A DNA stretch of 64,000 nt from positions 1 through 64,000 of IMG/VR virus record IMGVR_UViG_3300021400_001580; one strand, given 5' to 3'. Made by a program: the position numbers and the translations under genes. Source of the stretch: a virus. Lineage: Duplodnaviria > Caudoviricetes. The notes beneath the pieces are model-generated. The model was given only the letters and a program-made list of their open reading frames with translations, had not been told where the DNA came from and did not search any database. Positions 46,712 through 56,514 of this stretch are shown piece after piece (position 1 is the stretch's first letter; every line of letters starts with the position of its first letter).

Positions 46712-46747
46712 ATAAAAACGAGGGCGCCCTCAAATGAGGGCGACCTC
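46712..46747 (-). terminator. Terminator after the Sak4-like gene
   Basis: GAGGtCGCCCTC-attt-GAGGGCGcCCTC followed by GTTTTTATT on the minus strand. Confidence 0.75.
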
Positions 46748-46778
46748 TCCACCTTTTCTACGCATGGTAGATAGGCAA

Positions 46779-47774
46779 TTACATCAACTGTTTTACTTCA
46801 TCAATAAAGTACTCAACAAGTGAAGACTGAGAAGGTACTGCCTGACTTAGCTTAAAGTCCTCAGACCCGAATACCTTCTTAATAATATCCTTCATAATCA
46901 TCAAATGCTGATCTTTATTTTCTTCACCGCCAAGTTCAAGATACTTAATCCAAATTTTCTTGGCCTCTGCCATTACTTCTGTAAATGGACGATCCTTAAT
47001 TTGTGCAATTTCAGTATGATCGGTAACCTGCGCGCCATCAAGCTCTACAGCCTTATCAATTGCTTCGCCAATTGCATCTACTAGTTCCTGATATCCAAAT
47101 TTAATCTTCGGAGCAAGATACTGATAACGGCTTCCGGCGAATACATATGGTGTAGATCTTGTATATAGATATCTTTCTGAGGTTCCATCCGGATTCATCT
47201 GTACTTGCAGGTAACCAATAATATCTACAATAGAATTAATAATTGTATAACACTGATTTGGTAAGTCAGGGCAAACCGCGGTAATAGCCTCACCATCTTC
47301 ATTGCGCATTTCGGTCGGTTTATCTTTGCTATGAGCAATAAATAGGATACCGAAGCCCAATAGCGTAATTTCACGCCAAAATTCAGAAAATTCTGTCTTT
47401 AGCATATTCCAGCCTTGGCCCCACGGTACATCCCTAATGCTATCAACGTTTTCTCGCTGGCATATATAACGTTCACACAGCTGCCAAGCAATAGATGCAG
47501 TGTCAACTACGATTGAATCGTACATTTCTTTTGCTTGAGGCTTACGAAGTTGTGTAAGAACTTTCTTAGCATCTGTCCAGCGAAGGATTGGAACGCTGCG
47601 AATACCGGCTAAAGCATTAGTTCCGTGCTCAAAGTTCATAAATAGCGAGCGCGGAAGTTGGCTACCAAACGTAGATTTGCCTGTTTTTGGCTGGCCGTAG
47701 ATTAATAGAAACTTTCCCTTAAGATCACGCGAAATCTTAGAAGGCTCAAGAGAAAAGATGTCAATATCCGCCAT
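46779..47774 (-). CDS. Phage AAA ATPase, Sak4-like single-strand annealing/recombination protein
   Basis: LIYGQPKTGKST Walker A, IVVDTAS Walker B, LFIAHSKDK. Paired with an SSB-like gene. Confidence 0.8.
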   Translation of the reverse strand: MADIDIFSLEPSKISRDLKGKFLLIYGQPKTGKSTFGSQLPRSLFMNFEHGTNALAGIRSVPILRWTDAKKVLTQLRKPQAKEMYDSIVVDTASIAWQLCERYICQRENVDSIRDVPWGQGWNMLKTEFSEFWREITLLGFGILFIAHSKDKPTEMRNEDGEAITAVCPDLPNQCYTIINSIVDIIGYLQVQMNPDGTSERYLYTRSTPYVFAGSRYQYLAPKIKFGYQELVDAIGEAIDKAVELDGAQVTDHTEIAQIKDRPFTEVMAEAKKIWIKYLELGGEENKDQHLMIMKDIIKKVFGSEDFKLSQAVPSQSSLVEYFIDEVKQLM

Positions 47775-47816
47775 TCAAATCACCTCCAGTATATAAGTTA
47801 GAAGTAAGGATATACC

Positions 47817-48713
47817 TTACTCCCAACTATACTTTGTGGCTTCGGAGGCGTTAGCACTGCCAACGCCCTGCTTTGGAGCAACATGCCGGGCATTGATCTG
47901 TAGCTGCTCAATATATGCCTTTCGCTCATTAAAAGCCTTCTTAATTTCAACGGGATCGTACGCGAAATCTTCTTCCTTACATGTATCATCACCCTTGGTA
48001 ATGATCAGCTCACGAACAAAACGAGTGGTAACTTCAGGTACATCTTCGCCCCAGCCGCCTGACTGTACCTCTTCTTCCTGAGAGAGTACGCGAATACGGC
48101 CCTTTACGGTTACTGTTCCATTCGTCTCCCAGTTACGAGAAATGTATTCAACCGTATCAGGAGCTTCCACAATAAACTCAACAACATCGAGTCGTCCGCC
48201 GTACTGCACAATGCCGCCCTTAATTACTAGCCGGCCAGTAGTATCACCTTCGCGATCTACTTCATCATGCATGTCCATGATAAAAATTTCGGTTACAAAT
48301 GAAGCGACATCAGGTACCCGCGCCTCATTAATGAATGAGCCACGAATCTGCCAACCATTAATTAGCTGACCAGTCCGAGATACGAAATTGTTCTCCTGTA
48401 GAGACGCACCAGTTAGGCGAACATGCGATGCATGATCAATACCGACATTCTGCGCCGTCTTCATTAGCTTTAGATCATTCAAGCTCTTCCATGCCGGATT
48501 GTTCTTACCGGTAGAGGTATATTCTGTTGCGAACATACCAACCTGAATGTCACTGGTCTCTTCCTTACCACCAAACGTCTGCGTTACTCGAATTGTTACG
48601 GTTGCACGCTGATAGGGACGCCCATCCGATAGCTTACCATCACCAAATGACACATCCATTAGTGTGCCCGCAAGATTTAGCTTATTAGTAGACTGAATAG
48701 AAATACTCTTCAT
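47817..48713 (-). CDS. Putative single-stranded DNA-binding protein (298 aa)
   Basis: Two beta-rich OB-like repeats (NKLNLAGTLMD...; TVTVKGRI), strong codon bias, directly upstream of the Sak4-like ATPase. Confidence 0.6.
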   Translation of the reverse strand: MKSISIQSTNKLNLAGTLMDVSFGDGKLSDGRPYQRATVTIRVTQTFGGKEETSDIQVGMFATEYTSTGKNNPAWKSLNDLKLMKTAQNVGIDHASHVRLTGASLQENNFVSRTGQLINGWQIRGSFINEARVPDVASFVTEIFIMDMHDEVDREGDTTGRLVIKGGIVQYGGRLDVVEFIVEAPDTVEYISRNWETNGTVTVKGRIRVLSQEEEVQSGGWGEDVPEVTTRFVRELIITKGDDTCKEEDFAYDPVEIKKAFNERKAYIEQLQINARHVAPKQGVGSANASEATKYSWE

Positions 48714-48766
48714 TTTATTTTTCTCCTTTTTTCTTTGCTTCGTTTCATTGTATAAATATTATTTAA

Positions 48767-49147
48767 TTAAAACTCCTGTGCAGCTTCCTTTGCAGCTTCC
48801 TTTGCAGCCTTAGCGGCGGCTTTCTCTGCAGCCTTGCGTTCCTTCTCCGCCTGCTTAGCCGCGAGCTTCGCCTGCTCTTCAGCGACTGGATCATAGGCTA
48901 GACCGGCCTCAGTTAGGGTATGATACTTCACAGTCTTAGTCTTCGCCTTGCGAGTCTCAGTCGCGGGCTCTAGTTCAATTACTTCCTCACGCGTAAGAGT
49001 TACATACTTACGCTTCTCAAGTCCATTAATACTACCAACTACCGCAGGTAGAGAAATGGATAGCGCCTCAACTAGGTCCTGCTTAGAAAATTCCTGTCCA
49101 TAATGTTCCTTTAGAAAATTTAGTACACGTTCTGAATTCTGAGTCAT
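48767..49147 (-). CDS. Winged-helix DNA-binding protein with Ala/Lys-rich tail (126 aa)
   Basis: VLNFLKEH...SKQDLVEALSISLPAVVGSINGLEKRKYV (HTH + wing), then AAKQAEKERKAAEKAAAKAAKEAAKEAA. Confidence 0.7.
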   Translation of the reverse strand: MTQNSERVLNFLKEHYGQEFSKQDLVEALSISLPAVVGSINGLEKRKYVTLTREEVIELEPATETRKAKTKTVKYHTLTEAGLAYDPVAEEQAKLAAKQAEKERKAAEKAAAKAAKEAAKEAAQEF

Positions 49148-49252
49148 ATTATTCTCTCCTTTTAATCTTTAAATATAAATTTTATTTAGTTATTTGAGTA
49201 AGAACCATTACTTTATCCCGCTCACGGGCTACTTCTCTTACTTTCTGTATAT

Positions 49253-49281
49253 ATTATACAATAAAATTATAAAATAGTCAA
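49253..49281 (-). promoter_or_regulatory. Sigma-A promoter with ~100-nt structured leader
   Basis: TTGACT-17-TATAAT. Confidence 0.8.
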
Positions 49282-49285
49282 ATAT

Positions 49286-49678
49286 TTAATTATTTTCTGT
49301 GATAATAAATAATTCATTAACTAATGACATTACTGCATCATCAGACTTAGTATTATCTAACACTTGCTGGAGCTTAGGTAAAACATCGGTTTGATATCCA
49401 GTTAAAGCTTGCTTTAAGTTTTTAATACGGTCCTCAAGCTGTCGTGCAATAATTGTCGCTCCAATCAATAAACGAGCAATTTCTGTCCTAGTAGGAACAT
49501 AATTATCACCTGCGGCATTAATAGTGTCAACTAATGTTTGATAATCGTCGCGCATGGTGGCAGCAGTCTTTACGCCCTAAGTATCACTCTTGGTTTCATT
49601 ATATTCCATAACAGTTTCCGCCGCCGCAGCGGTAGTCTGTGCAATTTCCTTAAATAAAGTTATATACTTCTTATCCAT
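49286..49678 (-). CDS. Hypothetical helical protein (130 aa, one in-frame TAG)
   Basis: GGAG RBS, MDKKYITLFKEIAQ...KSDT*GVKTAAT, continuing into track ORF MRDDYQ (49286..49555). Confidence 0.7.
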
Positions 49679-51752
49679 TTTTAACTCCCTTTACTGCTCT
49701 AGCAGTAAGTTTATAAGTGTTATCGCCTACCCATTTTGCTTCTTTTACTTCTTCATTTGTACTAAGCTTAATCGCCTTGACTCCCTTAGTTAATCTGCCT
49801 GTATAAGATAATTCAGATAAAGGATAGCAATTGTAATAGTTATTAGTACTAATAATGGCCACCCTATCATCGTCATCACTACTTAGAATTACTGACACTA
49901 GAGAGTCGCCCTCTTCTAGTTTAATTGCGGCAGCACCCTTTTTTGTACGAGTAAAGTATTCACTAACATGACTTTTTTTAATGAAGCCATGTTTCGTGAT
50001 ACATGTAACCGACTGAAAGGCATTAAATGTACGAGTGTCGATAAGAAGAAGCGGCTTTTCCGCGCCGATAGGAAATATATCGGTGAGCTTAATATCTTTA
50101 CCATATTTAAGCTTACTAATTGATTCTGTATAAATCTTGCCGCCAGAAGTAAAAAGAATAAGTGTGCCGAGATTTGTTGTTAATATTTCTAGTTGCGCAT
50201 TTCCACGTTTCCCACGGCTTGCATCTTTTTTAATAGCTTTAATTGTGTTGCCATTCTGAAGAACAATTATATCTTCTTCTTTAATTTCTTCTGGTTCTTC
50301 TTCGTCGCCTAATACATTTGTAATTTGCGTCCGTCTTGCGTCACCAAATTTTTGAGATACTAGATTTAGTATTTCAATCAATTTTTCATCTAAAGCGGTA
50401 GGCTCAGATAATAAGTAATTACATTCACCAATAAATCTAGTAAGTTCTTTTAGTTCATCAGAAATTTTTATGCCGTCCAGTTTGCACAAGCGCGCCAGTT
50501 TCATATCTAAAATTGCATTAACCTGTTCTTCATTGAATTTATAACGCGCTATTAAAGTCTTTTTTGCTTCTGCTGGACTATCACTACTTTTAATAATGGC
50601 AACAATATTATCAATATCAGCGAGAGCAATTAGTAGTCCATTCAGAATATTTTCGCGCGTGAGAGCTTTATCCAAATCAAATTGAATCATGTTACGCTTA
50701 CACTGCCTAATGTGTGCAATATAAGCATCACAAGCTTCGCGCCATCCAAATACTTTTGGGAAGCGTCCTCGATCCAACAGAATCATATTCACAGAAAAAT
50801 GATTTTCAAGCGAAGTATCATGATATAATTTAGCAATCATTTTATCTGGATTTTGTCCTTTGGAAAGGTAAATGCGAATATCAGCAGTTTTCTTTGTATG
50901 GTCAATAACCTTATCAATACCATAATCTGGATCGTCACTTACTAATGATGCAAGCTGATCTATTACAGTATTAGTAAATACTCCATATGGAAGTTCGGTT
51001 GCTTGAAGCATGTTTTCTTTTGGTTGATAAGTTATTTTCGCACGTAACCGTATAGATTTACCACGTCCAATTCGCAAACTCTCTTTTACTTCAGCAGCAT
51101 TTGTGAGAGTACCGCCAGTAGCAAAATCTGGTGCGCAATAAATTTGATCAAAATCAACCGAGGGGTTTTTGATGATTTTAATAAGCGCATCATTAACCTC
51201 TCTAAGGTTAAATTGAGGCACAGATGTTGCCATTGCAACCGCTATTCCCTGACAGCCATTTACAATATTCCAATATCCAATCGACGGGAATACGGATGGA
51301 ATTTTCTCAGTGCTATCATAATTATCATACCATTCCGTAACAGCATTTTTCTTCAAGCCGTCAAACATAAAGTCTGCGACTTCTCCCGCTTTCATTTCAA
51401 CATAACGGGCGGCCGCATGACTATCCGGAGATGAAGGATTACCATAGCTTCCTTGAACATCTTCAAGTGGATAGCGGCTTGACCATGGCCGTGCCGCACG
51501 TATCAATGCGTCATACATTGCTACATCGCCGTGGACATACGACTGAGACATAGCCGCGGCCACACTCTTTTGAGCCTTTTGAAACTTATCTTTATGAGTG
51601 AGCTTGTTAGTAAACTGTGCATATAGACCTTGCCGCAAACCAATCTTTAACATGTCTCTTACATCAGGTAGAGACCTCTCCTGCGCGATTGATGCGCCAT
51701 ATTTTAGAAATGCATCCTCAATGGTAAGCTGAAAGTCTACGTTTTTAATCAT
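49671..51752 (-). CDS. Type IIA topoisomerase subunit A (GyrA/ParC-like), 693 aa
   Basis: ERSLPDVRD, HGD, catalytic AAARY, GIAVAMAT, PDFATGG, ELPY, AILDMKLARL. Shortened beta-pinwheel CTD. Gyrase vs topo IV not resolvable. Confidence 0.93.
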   Translation of the reverse strand: MIKNVDFQLTIEDAFLKYGASIAQERSLPDVRDMLKIGLRQGLYAQFTNKLTHKDKFQKAQKSVAAAMSQSYVHGDVAMYDALIRAARPWSSRYPLEDVQGSYGNPSSPDSHAAARYVEMKAGEVADFMFDGLKKNAVTEWYDNYDSTEKIPSVFPSIGYWNIVNGCQGIAVAMATSVPQFNLREVNDALIKIIKNPSVDFDQIYCAPDFATGGTLTNAAEVKESLRIGRGKSIRLRAKITYQPKENMLQATELPYGVFTNTVIDQLASLVSDDPDYGIDKVIDHTKKTADIRIYLSKGQNPDKMIAKLYHDTSLENHFSVNMILLDRGRFPKVFGWREACDAYIAHIRQCKRNMIQFDLDKALTRENILNGLLIALADIDNIVAIIKSSDSPAEAKKTLIARYKFNEEQVNAILDMKLARLCKLDGIKISDELKELTRFIGECNYLLSEPTALDEKLIEILNLVSQKFGDARRTQITNVLGDEEEPEEIKEEDIIVLQNGNTIKAIKKDASRGKRGNAQLEILTTNLGTLILFTSGGKIYTESISKLKYGKDIKLTDIFPIGAEKPLLLIDTRTFNAFQSVTCITKHGFIKKSHVSEYFTRTKKGAAAIKLEEGDSLVSVILSSDDDDRVAIISTNNYYNCYPLSELSYTGRLTKGVKAIKLSTNEEVKEAKWVGDNTYKLTARAVKGVKNG

Positions 51753-51776
51753 CTTCTCACTCCTTTCTTTTTATTT

Positions 51777-51805
51777 ATTATAACATAAATTTTAGAGTTT
51801 GTCAA
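51777..51805 (-). promoter_or_regulatory. Sigma-A promoter for topoisomerase A subunit
   Basis: TTGACA-17-(TG)tTATAAT. Confidence 0.85.
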
Positions 51806-51977
51806 ATAAACAATCTAGTTGTTGTTGTCTATATTCTCTTTCAATATTTTGCAGATATAAAATATAACGAGCAAATATTTCGGGTATAATAATCTTTTCA
51901 CATGCGTTATCTGATACGCTAATAACTTCTTTTCCTCGAAAATATCCTATATAACCTGCGTCCATAATATCACCCAT
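51792..51977 (-). CDS. Hypothetical protein (61 aa) between topoisomerase B and A genes
   Basis: ORF overlapping the B-subunit stop. Confidence 0.5.
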   Translation of the reverse strand: MGDIMDAGYIGYFRGKEVISVSDNACEKIIIPEIFARYILYLQNIEREYRQQQLDCLFDKL

Positions 51978-53835
51978 TCAAAATATTAAAGTCCACATTC
52001 TCAAACAAGAAGTCTCGACGTCCCTCAACTTCCGTGCCCATTAGCATCTTTAGTGATTCGGCCGCGAGTTCAGCATCATTAATGGTAAGAATATCCAAGC
52101 GCCGATTTGTCGGATGCAACATAGACTCTTCCATATCTTCTGCCACCATCTCGCCCAAGCCTTTATAGCGACTCTGTTCCCACCCGCTATGAGTTTTCTT
52201 TAGTTCAGCAAGTTCATCTTCATCATAAGCATATACATGCTGTTTACCTTTACTTAATCTGTATAGTGGAGCACGCAACCAGCCAAGTCGTCCTTCTTCA
52301 ATGAACTTTGGCATTAATACATAAAAGAGAGTTGCAATTAGACACATAATTGAATAACCATCAACATCGGCATCTGTCGCAATTGCGACTTTTCCATAAT
52401 TAAGTTTCTTACTATTGTAACGGTCCTGAATACCACATCCAAGCGCCATAATGATATCAGATACTTCCTGATTCTCTAAGCATTCATCAAGTGGATGCTT
52501 CATTAGGTTCTTAACCTTACCGCGCACAGCATACAACGCTTCTGTTTTTACATCGCGCGCAGGCATTAGACCGCCCAATGCGGAATTACCTTCGCATATA
52601 ATAAGCATTGAATCTTGGCCATGCTTTTCGCAATCTTTGAATTTGTCAGAGGAAGTAACCTTACGCTTACGCTGCTCAGTTTCTTTTTTCTCCATATTCA
52701 TGACTGCATTACGGGCTTTTTCTGCGGCGGCATCTGCACGCGCTTCCTTAGTTAAAAGGCCAATGATTTTATTAAAATCTTCTCTATTCTTAGATGCCCA
52801 TTCTTTAATAGCTTCTGTAAATACAGTCTGTGTATAGCCGCGTAATTCTTGATTCTGAATCTTATCTTTAACCTGATTCTGATAAACAGGATGCGGATGC
52901 TTAATATTGATAATAGTAACAAGCCCTTTACGAATCATATCGCCATCAAATGATTCTTTAGATAAGTCATTTATTGTACGCGTAAAAGCTGCCTTCATCC
53001 CGCTCACAGGTGTGCCCCCGCCACTATTTAAAGCACCATTGGAAAATACGTAGCACTTTTCGCGCCCGGCGGTCCATTGCGCGAAAACTTCAATATCAAT
53101 ATCTCCATCAAAAGTCTTGGTGCTATAAATATATTGCTTATGAAGAGGCTTTGTAATGTTATTTGCGGCAAAATCTTTTAGTCCATTCTTAGAAAGAAAC
53201 TTTTCTACTTTATCGCCACTCTTATAAATAAAAGTAACATTTGGAATAAAATAACTAGTTAGTTCTAATTCTTTGCGGATACGCTCCTTTTCAAAAGAAG
53301 GCGTTGCCGCGTCCAAATGAAAAATAGATTTATCAGGCCTAAAATAAATAGTAGTACCAGTTTCTTTTGTTTTGCGAAGCTGACGTGCCTGTGTATCTTG
53401 AGGAATACCGTCTTTAAATTGTAGATGCCATTCTGCGCCATCACGCCTAGTCCATACTTCAAAGACTTCTGAACATACGCATACGGTAGAAGAACCAATA
53501 CCATGCATCCCACGCACGCGCTTATAGTTTTCAGAATCAAACTTACCTGAACTGTGCGCAGATGCGTAAATTTCAATTAAAACTTCTTCTGTATCTTTAT
53601 TACGGCCACGAGGTACACCAGCTCCCTTATCAGATACTGTGATATCATTGTCATTAACTTCTACTGTAATTTCATTACCGCGGCCCATAATTGCTTCATC
53701 ACAAGCATTATTTAGTATTTCCAAGAAACAGTTAAACATTGCATCTTGTCCGTCTGCACCAATGTACATGCCAGGGGTCGTTCTCGCCGCAGTACGAAAG
53801 TCTCGTACTTGTATCGAGTCTGCATTATATGCCAT
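51970..53835 (-). CDS. Type IIA topoisomerase subunit B (GyrB/ParE-like), 621 aa
   Basis: RTTPGMYIG, GHKL motifs (EILNNACDE, DKGAGVP, GMHGIG), Toprim EGNSA, RGK, DADVDG, SRYKGLGEM. Confidence 0.93.
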   Translation of the reverse strand: MAYNADSIQVRDFRTAARTTPGMYIGADGQDAMFNCFLEILNNACDEAIMGRGNEITVEVNDNDITVSDKGAGVPRGRNKDTEEVLIEIYASAHSSGKFDSENYKRVRGMHGIGSSTVCVCSEVFEVWTRRDGAEWHLQFKDGIPQDTQARQLRKTKETGTTIYFRPDKSIFHLDAATPSFEKERIRKELELTSYFIPNVTFIYKSGDKVEKFLSKNGLKDFAANNITKPLHKQYIYSTKTFDGDIDIEVFAQWTAGREKCYVFSNGALNSGGGTPVSGMKAAFTRTINDLSKESFDGDMIRKGLVTIINIKHPHPVYQNQVKDKIQNQELRGYTQTVFTEAIKEWASKNREDFNKIIGLLTKEARADAAAEKARNAVMNMEKKETEQRKRKVTSSDKFKDCEKHGQDSMLIICEGNSALGGLMPARDVKTEALYAVRGKVKNLMKHPLDECLENQEVSDIIMALGCGIQDRYNSKKLNYGKVAIATDADVDGYSIMCLIATLFYVLMPKFIEEGRLGWLRAPLYRLSKGKQHVYAYDEDELAELKKTHSGWEQSRYKGLGEMVAEDMEESMLHPTNRRLDILTINDAELAAESLKMLMGTEVEGRRDFLFENVDFNILNG

Positions 53836-53863
53836 TCTCTCACCTCTTTCTTTCTTACAATAT

Positions 53864-53892
53864 ATTATACCATAAATTTAAAAAAGAGTCAA
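53864..53892 (-). promoter_or_regulatory. Sigma-A promoter for topoisomerase B subunit
   Basis: TTGACT-17-(TG)gTATAAT. The -35 lies inside an inverted repeat. Confidence 0.85.
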
Positions 53893-53909
53893 TTATTTAA
53901 TTGACTCTT
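53878..53909 (-). terminator. AT-rich terminator overlapping the -35 of the next promoter
   Basis: AAGAGTCAATT-aaat-AATTGACTCTT followed by TTTT on the minus strand. Confidence 0.65.
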
Positions 53910-53922
53910 AATATTACCTCAT

Positions 53923-54372
53923 TTAAGTAAGTATCGTCTTGCATTTGCCGTGACTTGCTTCATGCGGATGTTCTAAAATCCATTTAAGCTCACTTTTAAT
54001 ACTGCCGTAATTCTGATTAAAATTGATAAAGCTAGTACTGCCCCAATAAGTCATCAGTGATGTTGGTTCATTAGTAATCTGAATTACATGCACTGGGATA
54101 CCTTTTGCGAATGCATAGCCCTGCTCCCAATTAGTTCCAGACGTAGAATTTCTTCCAATACTAATCAAAATCACTGCTTCGCATGAATCAATCGCGGCCA
54201 CATCAGCGATAAAAACGTGCTTTGCCCACTCTTCTTGCGGCATATCCCATGCATTTTCAATTTTTAATTCCCATGGGCAATAGATATCTACTTCTTTTTC
54301 GCGCAAATATTTAGCTATTTGAACCATAAAAGTACGATTAGCAGAATCACACGGACCAGCAATATAGAACAT
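53923..54372 (-). CDS. Nucleoside 2-deoxyribosyltransferase family protein 1 (149 aa)
   Basis: MFYIAGP, ADVAAIDSCEAVI and SGTNWEQGYAFAKGIPV match the NDT Tyr/Asp/Glu pattern. GAGGAGG RBS sets the start at 54372. Confidence 0.8.
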   Translation of the reverse strand: MFYIAGPCDSANRTFMVQIAKYLREKEVDIYCPWELKIENAWDMPQEEWAKHVFIADVAAIDSCEAVILISIGRNSTSGTNWEQGYAFAKGIPVHVIQITNEPTSLMTYWGSTSFINFNQNYGSIKSELKWILEHPHEASHGKCKTILT

Positions 54373-54373
54373 A

Positions 54374-54751
54374 TTATTCCTCCTCTTTGAAGTATCCAAG
54401 TTTATCTACTGCCGCTTCTACACATTCATACAGAATATGAGTTCTAATAAGACAATCAATGTAGCGTGCGGGCGCATGATGAAATTCTTCCTTCATGGGT
54501 TTTGTAAAATTATATCCCCATTCTTCAAGAACTTCAACTAATTCTGGTAGCCCATAGCCGACATAACTAGCGCATTCTTCTTCAGTACCGTAATAGGAAC
54601 CACCATTACCTGTAATTGCATCTACGTCCCAAAGTTCCTCATCCAACATTTCAATATATTCTTCTTCTGTCATGTCGGGCTCAGGTTCCATATAATTATC
54701 AACTACGTAATTCATAATGTCTTCAACCATTGCTTCTCTATAATTGTACAT
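54374..54751 (-). CDS. Hypothetical acidic protein (125 aa)
   Basis: Clean ORF in a tightly packed operon. Confidence 0.65.
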   Translation of the reverse strand: MYNYREAMVEDIMNYVVDNYMEPEPDMTEEEYIEMLDEELWDVDAITGNGGSYYGTEEECASYVGYGLPELVEVLEEWGYNFTKPMKEEFHHAPARYIDCLIRTHILYECVEAAVDKLGYFKEEE

Positions 54752-54753
54752 TA

Positions 54754-55044
54754 TTACCCCTCCATTCTGACACTGAAACCTCGTAAATCAAGATTAAAAT
54801 CTTGCTTAAAATACTCCTGCATTACATCATCAAGTTTATGTACAAAAAGAGGCTTAGCAGCATCAAATTCACCGTAGAGTAAGTCATTGAGGTCAATAAT
54901 ATAAAGAGAATCAAATCCATATGCTTTTGCTTTTACTTGAAGCGCGCGTTTATTTGTAGTAAGAATAATACCATCTGCTTCAAGCGCCATTTCCATCAGT
55001 TCTTTCGTCTTACCAGTTCCAAGTGGTCGAGCAATAATTTTCAT
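54754..55044 (-). CDS. Small P-loop-like hypothetical protein (96 aa)
   Basis: MKIIARPLGTGKTKEL, a Walker-A-like N-terminus. Confidence 0.6.
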   Translation of the reverse strand: MKIIARPLGTGKTKELMEMALEADGIILTTNKRALQVKAKAYGFDSLYIIDLNDLLYGEFDAAKPLFVHKLDDVMQEYFKQDFNLDLRGFSVRMEG

Positions 55045-55364
55045 TTTTCAATCTCCTTTACTTGAATTGCATCAGAATATTCAAAGCGTTTTGTTATATC
55101 ATATTTTTGATAAAATTCTTGAGCCGGCATATCAGTAATACGTACCACGTATTCATTATGATCGAATTTACTATTATGTAAAATAAACATAAATATTATT
55201 CCAACTAATGCAGCGATAAGACCAATAATAGCTACAATTGCTCCTGCATAATCAGTATTACGTAGACATATGGCCGCAACCGCTGCAATTCCAAGACCAA
55301 CAAAAAAAGTAATAACTGGCCACGCTGGTAGACCATAAATTGGAACAGTTTCAAGAATTTCCAT
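55041..55364 (-). CDS. Two-TM membrane protein (107 aa)
   Basis: AGGAGG RBS sets the start at MEILETVP; two hydrophobic helices. Confidence 0.65.
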   Translation of the reverse strand: MEILETVPIYGLPAWPVITFFVGLGIAAVAAICLRNTDYAGAIVAIIGLIAALVGIIFMFILHNSKFDHNEYVVRITDMPAQEFYQKYDITKRFEYSDAIQVKEIEK

Positions 55365-55644
55365 ATTTCCTCCTAATACCGCAAATGGGGCAGAATTCAT
55401 CTTCATTATATAGGATACTAACCGCTTTACATTCAGGACACTTATAAGCGATAACCTCGTCAGTGGTAATCGTTGGCGCTGTATCAATAACCGCTTGTGC
55501 CTTATCCAGCACTGCTATAGCAAAATTAAATATTTCTCTACTATCGGACATATGCATTTCATAAATTAAATCCCGAATCATTTCATCACGTCCGAGAGAT
55601 GGCGCATTAAGGTCACAATCATCACGATAAATTAATTCTCGCAT
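55351..55644 (-). CDS. Zn-ribbon hypothetical protein (97 aa)
   Basis: KCPECK...FCPICG. Confidence 0.65.
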   Translation of the reverse strand: MRELIYRDDCDLNAPSLGRDEMIRDLIYEMHMSDSREIFNFAIAVLDKAQAVIDTAPTITTDEVIAYKCPECKAVSILYNEDEFCPICGIRRKYGNS

Positions 55645-55650
55645 GTCATT

Positions 55651-55968
55651 TTACCGCCTTTCCCCGTCAGCGCAGAACCAGTCTGCATTAACAAATTTTT
55701 TGATATGTTTGCAAAAGGGGACTCCGTTTGCAGGAGCATTAAGGTGCATGCAATCCTTGCATCGTACTACTTCAACCATATCAGCCTTTTTATTCATGCT
55801 GCTTGTTAGCTAATCTAGCTGAGACGATTCATTAAAGTCGATATCATTGAAATAGCCGTTGCAATTCATACACTTATATTTATATGCTGTGGAGAAATCT
55901 CCCAGTGAAACCATATAGTTTGGATTCTTACATTTTGGGCAAATCCTGTTTACAAATTCAAGACTCAT
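55651..55968 (-). CDS. Double Zn-ribbon hypothetical protein (105 aa, one TAG)
   Basis: Not in the track. MSLEFVNRICPKCK...KCMNCN...SQLD*LTSS...VVRCKDC...FCADGERR-TAA; fills the gap. Confidence 0.65.
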
Positions 55969-55990
55969 TTGATTTTATGTCCTCTCATTC

Positions 55991-56254
55991 TCAATACTCG
56001 TGTTTTCGTACCTTAGGATTTCCGTTTGCATCAACGAGCATTGTTAGTGTTCCCTTATTGTGTGTACCTTCCGACATCCAGTATTCGACGTTCGTTTCAC
56101 CGTCCATAACAATGCTCCCATACTCATAGCTTTCAATTTTTATAAATCTGGCGCTTTCATCTGGCTTGAGGTCTGTTTCATTCATCATGCGGCCACAACC
56201 ACATAATGTCAGCAACAGAATTATCATTAATGTAATAAGAATAATCTTTTTCAT
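55991..56254 (-). CDS. Putative lipoprotein (87 aa)
   Basis: MKKIILITLMIILLLTLCGC signal peptide with lipobox. ATGA overlap with the upstream gene. Confidence 0.7.
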   Translation of the reverse strand: MKKIILITLMIILLLTLCGCGRMMNETDLKPDESARFIKIESYEYGSIVMDGETNVEYWMSEGTHNKGTLTMLVDANGNPKVRKHEY

Positions 56255-56514
56255 TTGCTCACTGTCCTCTCCAATTGCGCCCGGTGGCATTCTGTATCAG
56301 AATCTAACGGGCATCTACAAAAGATATTATATGTATCACAATCGTCAATCTGTACTTTTAGAATGTCACAAACAGAAGTCCAATCATCCACCGACATATC
56401 CCATATATGCAAATGCGGACATTCTAGTGTACAATCCAAAGGAAAACATTTCATTCCCACTTCACCACTTTCCCATCGTGTCTGGATGTTCATCCCAATT
56501 TCTTTCCAACTCAA
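56251..56514 (-). CDS. Cys-rich hypothetical protein
   Basis: CFPLDCTLECPH...CDILK...CRCP. Confidence 0.55.
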   Translation of the reverse strand: MSWKEIGMNIQTRWESGEVGMKCFPLDCTLECPHLHIWDMSVDDWTSVCDILKVQIDDCDTYNIFCRCPLDSDTECHRAQLERTVSK

